From Trichinella spiralis (taxonomy: Eukaryota): a stretch of 20,000 nucleotides of DNA. The notes under the pieces are model-generated. The model was not told where the DNA came from, did not search any database, and was given only the letters and a program-made list of their open reading frames with translations. Shown here piece by piece: positions 8,449 through 20,000 of this stretch (positions are counted from its first letter, which is position 1; each line of letters starts with the position of its first letter). The stretch spans positions 3,540,132 through 3,560,131 of the forward strand of contig NW_003526943.1 of the NCBI RefSeq assembly GCF_000181795.1, written 5' to 3'. Made by a program: the position numbers and the translations under genes.

Positions 8449-11400
8449 ATGAATGATTTTGACAGTGGTGATAAGCCGTTTTATATGTCTGTATTTAATA
8501 TTCAACAGAAAAGCGACTTTTACGTCAAGAAAAGATGAACCATAAAGATAGAAGAAAAGCTGCAAAGTTGAAAAAGAAAATGCGGCACTTGGCGTACACT
8601 TCTAAAATGTCGGTATGTTGTTATGCTACCGGTGCGATGGAATTGATAATATTTCATTTTTATTCATAGTATGAAGAAGTATGTAAAGAGGCGAACACAA
8701 AAAAGAAAGCTACATCAGAAAGGCCAAAAGTTTTGCCAACTAAAACTAAAAGTACTGCATTGGAAAAACGTTCACTGAAAGAAGAAAAGGTTGGTTTTTA
8801 ATAAATGTTGATATGTTTTGTTGAAATTTTGGAATTCAGTAAAATGAATTTCATAAATTGAAGTTTATACGAATTTTCAATGTATGATTTTGGTTTATAC
8901 GTTTAGCGTCGTGAAAAGCAGCGTCTTCTTCACAAGGAATTGTTGGAAAACGATAACAGAGAAATTAAAAAATATGAAAAATTGTTGAAATTGAAAAAGA
9001 AGAAAAATAATGCACTGTCAAAATCATTTTCCATTGATGGATTAGATTGTATGAATGATATGTTGTGTATAAAGGTGACATTGAAATCGATTGGTATTAT
9101 AGATCTACTTGAACTCTGTATGGGTAATAAACCTTATACTGACGGTTCTTCGGGTGATTTTACACGAGATACTAAAGATTTGATTGGTGATGGTGAGGAA
9201 GTTCTTAGTGAGGAAGAAGAAATGAATTCAGAAGATGAAAATGGCGAAGAATTAGAAGAGGAAATGGAAGAAGAGAGAAATAGTGAAAATGCGGAATTTG
9301 CAAATAGTAAATTTAGTTTAGTTTCGTTTAGTTTACTTTAGTTTTTCATTTTTATTCACTCGTCTCATTGCTGCTGTTTCAGCTGAAAGAGAAAACATTT
9401 ACGGAGATCAGTCAACAAGTGAGCTTCAGTGTGCTCTGAAGCATGAAATGTTGGACGAAACATTCGCTTCGCCCGAGGAACAAGCGATGGCAGAAAGAGT
9501 GGAAAAAATTCTTAAACGATTTATTAATAAGTAAATAAATATTATCTGGAAACAATTTTGAAAGGTAATAGTTTTGATTTAGACTGAGTGAATCCAATGT
9601 TTTGGTTTCGTCCAGAGAAGTAATGGAATTGTTTCGAACTAATCCACAGCATGGTATGTATATTGTAATAATTTAATTTTGTTTTTAAATATCTCTTTGG
9701 TATGGAGTAAATGAATGAATGAAATCAATGAATCTTATGTAGTGGTAAAACGTGTTTTTACGGAAGTGATCCTCGATGCTTGTTTTACTGCGTTTCGTCT
9801 TCCTGATCGTCTTTTAATTACCATCTCCGTTCTTGTTGGCATTCTGCACTCAACGCTGTCGTCAAATTTCAGTGACGTTTAAAAAAGCAGATCTCCTTTA
9901 AATATCGTTAAGCCATATATTGTTTTAGGTGCTTACTTTGTTGAAATGTTGGTTCAGAAGTTAGAGGAGAAACGAACAGATGAAAACGAACAAGAAATTG
10001 AAAGTAACGCACTCCAAAACGGTTATCTTCTTGTTGCATATTTATGTGCAATGAAGGCAAGCGTGATTTGCGTTGCAATATTATTATAGGATTAATAGAT
10101 GATGGTATTTTTTTAGGTCACATCTTATAAACTTTTGATGGATATTTTTAACAGTTTAATGCAATCAGGGCGTTGTCTGGATTTGCAGCTTTTAGTTCCA
10201 TTAGTGAAAAGTAAGAGTTTGTTATGTAATATTTAATTGGAAGCTAATGAATAAAATGCTCTTTGAGGAGAAGTGATAATTTTGAAAATTTATAACGAGC
10301 TTTGTAAATGTTCCAGATTTGGGTTTTGTGCTGAGAAAGGCTTGTCCAAGTGACTTAAAAGATTTTGTCATGTCTGCAATTGCGAAAATGGAGAAACATG
10401 GATCAGAATCTTCTAGGGCAGAGTATGAAAATTTATATCCTGTGTGGGAGATGTGTTTTATTTGTTTTTAGAGCATTTACGAATATATTGATGATCGATT
10501 TAAACGCAATTAAAAATAACAACGCATCGAAAATTTGCCATTATGATCCTGATTTGATTGATCATTTCACGAAACTTTTGCGGTCTTGCTTGAGCGGTGG
10601 GTTATATTTGAATTATTTATTTGAACATTTGAAATATTTCTTTTCGTAATAGGAAAAACACCAGAAATGCCGTTAGCATTTGGATTAATGGATATTTTGG
10701 AAGCATCGACCAAAGGACGATGGTGGATAGTCGGCTCCTCCTATGTAGTTCCGGTTGCGGGTGCAAGTAAATCAGGAGATCTAAATCAGTTCAACTACAG
10801 TGAAGACTTGTTGCGTTTGGCAAAAAAGAATCGCATGAATACTGATTTGAAAAGAAATATATTTTGTTGCATTCTTTCAGCGGAGGTGAACATTATCATG
10901 TTCTTTTGATTTTAAAAATTTTAATGAATTGATACATATTTTTTTCAGGATTATTTAAATGCATTCGAAAAGTTGCTGAAATTGAATTTGTCAGATAAAC
11001 AAGAACGAGAAATTATTCATATTTTATTTGTTTGTTGTTTGAATGAAAAAACTTTCAACCCTTTTTATGGATATTTGGTGCAAAAATTTTGCAGTTATAA
11101 TGCAAAATTTGTGGTAATATTATTAAGGCAATTGCTTTTTCATTTGTCTTATATTTATTGAGGGTTTTAGCTTACAACGCAATTTGCACTTTGGGATAAG
11201 CTGAAAATTCTGAAGACACTGAAAAAAACTCAGATTCAAAATTTATCTTCACTGATTGCTCACTTGTTCGGAAGCCTTGCATTGCCAATCAGTGTTCTGA
11301 AAGTATATGAATATAAATTTTCAATTAATTTGAATTTTTCATTTATTTTAATAGGTTTTTTTATTTTAGGTGATTAACTTTGTTGAAATTGAAGAAACAA

Positions 11401-11645
11401 TGACCGATTTTTTGAAACGCCTTTTTACAAAATTTCTGAATGGCTTTTCGACTGATGTATTGCGCGTGGTGTTTGGAAAGTTAATGAAAAAATCTAATGA
11501 ATATCACTATTTAAGAGAAGGCATCAGACTTTTTATTGTTCACTTTCTTTTGACAGAGCATGAAGATGAAGAAAAAAAAGAGTTCAAACATAAAATTCGC
11601 TTCGTCGATAATATATTATTGCCAAAAGAGAGTCTAGCTTTATAA
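8449..11645 (+). CDS. NOM1: Nucleolar MIF4G domain-containing protein 1 (NOM1/Sgd1), MIF4G + MA3 domains, multi-exon
   Basis: Motifs seen: EIKKYEKLLKL...SFSIDGLDYLLE, an acidic tract, ENIYG, KRFINRLSESN, AYFVEMLV, DLNAIKNN, KGRWWIVGSS, RMNTDLKRNIFCCILSAEDYLNAFEKLLKL, QEREIIHIL..CCLNEKTFNPFY, QFALWDKLK, LPISVLKVINF. Stop at 11643-11645. The start is uncertain: the ATG at 8449 needs a ~41-nt intron, and the alternative is the ATG at 8535. Confidence 0.92.
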
Positions 11646-12180
11646 TCTGTTCTTTATTGAGAGGTTGTTTAGTAAAATTTTTTTGTAAAAAGAAAAACCA
11701 GTGTTCAATCTGATTCATTCTTATTGCACGACTTCAGAAAGAAAAAAGAACAAGATTAATGCAAATGGTTGCAAAGCATTTTTGTAAAATTATCCTAAAA
11801 TTCTGATTCGGATAAAATTTTTACTCGTTAAAATATTATTGTTTTTTATCAGTTTATTTTTACTTTGAAAATGACGATAAATGTCGCAACAGCCGTAGCA
11901 GAACCATGCAATGATGGCAAGTGGATTGATTTGATGTTAAAATTAATTAAAAATTATTTTAATATAAAAACAATAAATTATTTAATTTTTGACAACACTC
12001 CGTTTCTACTGTTAGCATCATGATAACTTACTGCATCTGCAACTTTTTCAATTTGAACTAGTACAGTATGAAAAATAAACCTTGATCATCATAAAAATAG
12101 TTTTCTAATTTTGGTATAACGGTCATTGTCGATTTGCAGTTTTGGTTTTTTCTTGTTAGTTTTGCATCCATATCAGCATT

Positions 12181-12992
12181 ATGGCATCTCGAGCAAAAAT
12201 GGGAAAAGGAAAGAAGCGTGCGCATCGTGCGACTAGCAATGTGTTCGCGATGTTTACGCAATCTCAGATACAAGAATTCAAGGAAGCATTCAACATGATT
12301 GATCAAAATCGAAATGGCTTCATAGATAAAGCAGATTTGCTCGACATGTACGCATCGTTGGGTAAACAATCATCAATGTTATTTGTTTTTTGTGTAATTA
12401 TTTATGTATTATGTTGTTTAATTCGAGCTTTCTTCATTAAATTTGTTGCTATCAGTTTGTATTCCGAAGGAATTTCTTTTACATCTTATTGTATTTATTT
12501 ATTTATCATTCAGTTTCGTATAAAATTATTTTAATGCACAAGTGCATGAGATGAATTTTTGTATTTTTTTACGTGGGAATGTTTTTTTAGGAAAGGAGGT
12601 CGGCGATGAATTCATAGACGAGATGATAAACGAAGCTCCTGGGGCAATAAACTTCACGATGTTTTTGACAATGTTTGGTGAGAAGATGACTGGAACAGAT
12701 CCTGAAGATGTAATTCGCAACGCTTTTCAATGTTTCGACGAAGAAGGCACAGGTGATGAGTCATCACATTGTTACAGTAAACATAAAATGTGAAAATAAG
12801 TAAGTCATTGCGCTGTTTGAAGGTTCGATCAGCGAGCACGACTTGCGAACGCTGTTGACCACGATGGGCGATCGTTACACTGACGAACAAGTGGAGGAAT
12901 TGTTCAAAGATGCGCCCATCAAAGATGGGATGTTCAATTACGTCGAATTTGCGCGCATGCTGAAACACGGCTCGGAAGAGAAAGACGAGTGA
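12181..12992 (+). CDS. mlc-4: Myosin II regulatory light chain, non-muscle type (mlc-4/sqh/MYL12-like), 170 aa
   Basis: Exons 12181-12361, 12591-12752 and 12823-12992 give [99 protein letters not shown]. The RATS phosphorylation motif and the first EF-hand are intact. Confidence 0.95.
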
Positions 12993-13404
12993 ACTGTTTT
13001 TATTTATTCATTATTTATTTAATGAATCCTATCCATTGTCAGTTTTATCGTTTCTCTGTAAAAAATCACATTTAAAATCATACAAAATTGTAATAAATTG
13101 ATTTTTGTCTGAATTCATTTGTACAATGATTTTAATCAAATGACAAATATAATACACAACAGTTAATGATGCAGATCAGTTTTAAGAAAAGGTTTGTAGG
13201 TTAAACGTTTATTTTCATTCTAGAAGCACTGGATTTTCAATTAAAACAGGAGGGATTTTTCAATCTTTAAAAAGGAATAGGTGAAAAAAAGATGTTGTTT
13301 CTTAAATGACATGTGTAATTGAAAATAAAACTGATTATTTATTATTATTATTATAAAAGGGGGTGGGGGTGCGGTGAGAAAGTTTTTCAGTCAACTGTTA
13401 CTAA

Positions 13405-16243
13405 CTAGGCTTGGCAATCATCTCTGGGAGATGACTGCAGTTGGTAAAAGCTGCTTGCAACTGCGTTTCCTCGAACATTTATATCAGCCTGAAAACAAAA
13501 TTTTCAATTTTGCATTAGGATTATAAAACAAATTCAAAAAACATCTAGCTGATTAAATAATAAATAAATAAAGTGAAGCAATTACCACAAAATCTCCATA
13601 TGATTGCAGTGTTACCGACTGTTCAGAAGTGGGAACGTTTTCATCGTTACGTTTCCTAGGAGGTGATGCCAAAACAGCTGGACTGGTGGGTTTGACAAAA
13701 ACCAAAGGCGATTGAAGCTCTTTGAACTGACGCTTGACCGGTGTACGACGTAATGATACTCTGGGTGTGACCAAGGGCCCCCCATCAGACGAAGGTGTTT
13801 TCGCCTTCGCAGCTTTGCGAGCAGAGGTTGTCTGAAACAAGTCAAAATAATGGTAATTAATTAATATTATTAATAATTAATTAATAGTTTGGTTTTTGCT
13901 AATGTTAGCTCTACTTTGGGTGTTGGAGTTCGCATCATCGTGGCGAGACGAGTTCTCACTGGTGTAGACGAACCGAAACGAGCTTCACTTTCCAACTTTC
14001 TTGTTTTCGCCAGCTTCTGAAAAACAAAACATATTTTTAAAATGAATAATAATTATTATTATTTAAAAAATAACAACCTTTTCAATTTTCTCCTTTTCCT
14101 TCTCCTCATAATAAGCGGCTTCGATTTGTTCCAATTTCTTCAAAACAGGCAAACCATCGTAAAGAAACGTTGCGGTTGGATTTTCCGCATTCCACTCGTT
14201 CAACGCCTGTTGAATTTCCAATCGAACCTATCGATTAAGCAAAGTTGAGCAAAAAAAATTTCGCAAGTATATGCAGCAGGCAAGAAAAGTGAAATATGCA
14301 AACTTTTGGTAATTTCTTTTCAATCGCCTTTCGCTCTTTTTCCTCTTGCAAAAGCGATCCACCACGGTTCAAAAACCGCATGGCGTTACTGTCACGACTC
14401 TGAATATTCACCAGTTGTATATAAATAAACAAACAAATAAATAAAATCTCTCAAAACAAAAAACCTCAAAGTCAATTTTTTGTTTCCACAAATTTTCCCA
14501 CTTTTCGATCAAGTCGAACATACATTTTCGACTTTCATAAAACGTACTCAAACGTTCAATCTCACGATCGTAAAGAGCCAACGCGTCAGTGGAATATTTG
14601 TCTAATGAAATCAACCTCGTTGAAAAATGAATAAAAATTTAAAAAAACCAACAAACCTTCAACAGACTGTAAAAAACAATTTCGTTCATTCTGGGAAATT
14701 TTGCACTTTTCCCAGTAAATTGTCAACTCGGACAATTTTTCCTCGTTTCGTTTTTTCGCTTCTTCCAGGAACACTTCATATTGCATTGACAGCTGAAATT
14801 GCATTCGTTTCACATTCATTAAATTTTAAAGTTGCATAAATTGAAGAAAGAATTGAAATTTCTAACTATTTCTTCACTAACTGTGGTGCATTTTGTGAAA
14901 CCTTTTCTGAAAACTATCATATTTCAAACTCTTTACCTTTTCATAAAAAAGCTTCACTCTTTTAACCATTTCTTCTGTGTATTCAGGTCCACCATCACCT
15001 CTTTCGATGATGTTGCGTTCGAACAAATCTTCTCCATGATACGCCATCACATGAGCCAGAGTTTGAATCTTCGTCATATAACTAGTCACCAGAGAAATCC
15101 TTTGATCCTGAATTTAAATGAGGCAATTAATTTTATAAAAAGAATTTTTTAAATCCAGTTTTACCAAAATCGTTTTCTTAGAGGAAAGTTCCGACTCAAG
15201 ATGGTTCAAATCATCCAAACGCAACGAAGGCTTGGAAGATGGAGAGTTCATGCCAAGACGATAACAAGCCATTTTCAACTCTTCCATAATTCTCGATCGT
15301 CTCTCCAATCTCTGGTCTTTTTCTGACGCCAAATATTCAGCCCTTTTGCGATAGTAGTGCTCTTTATCCAGCAAAGGCAGCTTTTCACTTATCTTCAATT
15401 TAACATACAGTTAAATATTGCAAAGTAAATGTGATATAAATGAAAACAAAATTGCCATACATTCGGTTCAACAGGCTCGTTCAACTCCAATTCAAGAGCA
15501 TTGATGACAATCTTATTTTTCTCAATACTTTCAACTGCCAAATGAAGAGTTTCTTCTTCTTCATCTATCATGCGATCCAAAACTAGCTTCAAGTGATTGA
15601 TTGTAGTTTTCAATCGATCTTCTCTCTCAGCATCCGTGAAACCAAGATTATCCCAAATATTCTTCAGTCTTTCAAACTTTTCTTCCACTTCACCAAAAAG
15701 ATCACTACCCATTGCAGAGGAGTCACTTTCTCTAAGCATTTCACTGCAACTTCTACCCAAGAAAAAGAAACAATTCAACTAAACAGAAAATACACAGCGA
15801 AAAGAGCACTTTAAACTAAAACAATATTTTAAAATCAGGTTTAAACTCAATTATATTCAAAACATTACATTTTACACTAAATTTTGTTTAAAATTAAAAG
15901 TACTAATCCAATGCATTGAAAGAAATGTAAAAAATATTCAAACTTGTGTTAAAGAAAAACAATGCGATCCAGAATTCTCACTTGAGAAAACATGTCGCAC
16001 AAAATATCAAAATTTTTAAAAATTATTTCAAAACATGAAATAAATTTTATTACGATAACAAATTTCCAATAAAATTCAAACAATAATCTAATAAAAATCA
16101 ACAGAACAAAACAAATAGTTTAGGCGCGATTTATTATCAAATTAAAATCACTCGGCTAATTAGTCAGAAACAAAGTCATAAAAGAATAAAAGCAGAAAAA
16201 ATAAAATTTTATACTTCTTTCTGTCTTTCGGTACAAAATCCAT
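13405..16243 (-). CDS. PRC1: Protein regulator of cytokinesis 1 (PRC1/SPD-1/Ase1/MAP65 family), multi-exon
   Basis: Motifs seen: RLKNIWDNLGFTDAEREDR (N-terminal dimerisation region), YWEKCKISQNER, LYDREIERLSTFYE..FDLIEKWE, RFLNRGGSLLQEEKERKAIEKKLPK (family signature), and a basic tail with S/T-P sites and SYGDF. TAG at 13405-13407. A short first exon 16243-16215 (MDFVPKDRK) joins in phase to the acceptor before 15752; otherwise the start is the ATG at 15739. Confidence 0.9.
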
Positions 16244-16711
16244 TAGCGGCACTCGTAAGCGCAACTGGCTGTTCAACCAATGTAAATCATACCGCAATCA
16301 AACACTACAGTAAGAATAACCTGAAGATTTTTAAGTTCTAAATTTTAAAATTTATTGACCTATTTAAATATGGGCATGAATATTTTTGATTATATTAATG
16401 TAATGTATATAGAAGTAAATATACTTGAAATATGCACAATTTAATAATATAATATGATATAATAAATAACATAAACAATGTAATTTATAATTTCAAAAAT
16501 ATGATTTTATTAATTTGAAATAATCACTTTTCATAACAGACAAAGTTTTGTTGGTGCACTTCGTTCTATATTTTTAAATGACTTTTTTATAAAGCTTGGC
16601 TTCTAAAATCAGAATATTGTTTTAACATTTTCTGTAACTGTACACAGGCAATAAATTTGCATTTCAGAACTGTTGCGTACTTATTAGAACATTTTATTAA
16701 CCAGACATAAC

Positions 16712-16756
16712 GCAATAAAATAACAGTATGCATAGTCATATGCAATAAAATAACAG
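16712..16756. repeat. Short direct repeat GCAATAAAATAACAG x2, 30-nt period
   Basis: Identical 15-mers at 16712-16726 and 16742-16756 in intergenic DNA. Confidence 0.7.
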
Positions 16757-17079
16757 AATTTCTAAATTACATAATCAATACATACATTTCGACAGCTAAA
16801 TCAAAATTGCATTTCATATTTGAATTACAGTCACAAAATTTGAAGACGCTAGACAACAATGGCTGAAAATGGATAAATATAAATTTTCTGAAGTCTGGAT
16901 TCGTTTTTATTGTAAAATGCAAAAAGATTACTCAAAAAATTCAAATTTCAAAATTTCCAGTTTCTAGTCCACCAATAACACTATTCCAGTAATTTATTTT
17001 ATTAAAAGAACCAGGCAAGACGTTTCCTAACGATTGTTCAATTATGGCAGTGCACGTAAACTGTCTGCATAATGCATAA

Positions 17080-20000
<2,921 letters not shown>

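Noticed and set aside
14877..14936. Apparent premature stop in PRC1 (ORF ending MHHS*)
   Set aside because: The stop lies inside an intron (donor AAG|GTAAAG, acceptor ATTTCAG|CTG), so the gene is not a pseudogene.
16712..16756. Direct repeat as a CRISPR-like array or target-site duplication
   Set aside because: There are only two AT-rich copies in eukaryotic DNA, best explained as a local tandem duplication.

Overview
Gene-dense, AT-rich eukaryotic DNA with many short (mostly ~50-60 nt) spliceosomal introns. The architecture suggests a clade I nematode such as Trichinella, which is inferred and not verified. Manual splicing gives six protein-coding genes: RRS1 (-), a large gene encoding about 1216 aa with five tandem NADAR/YbiA-like domains (-), NOM1/Sgd1 (+), non-muscle myosin regulatory light chain mlc-4/sqh-like (+), PRC1/SPD-1/Ase1 (-), and the 3' part of xylulokinase XYLB (-). 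The standout is the penta-NADAR gene. Only repeat 2 keeps the canonical NADAR signature residues. All five repeats share an extra Trp-containing insert. Repeats 3-5 lie in one intronless 1.87 kb exon whose GC content is far above the rest of the window. No RNA genes, transposons or CRISPR arrays were recognised. All homology calls come from recognising motifs by eye, not from database searches.
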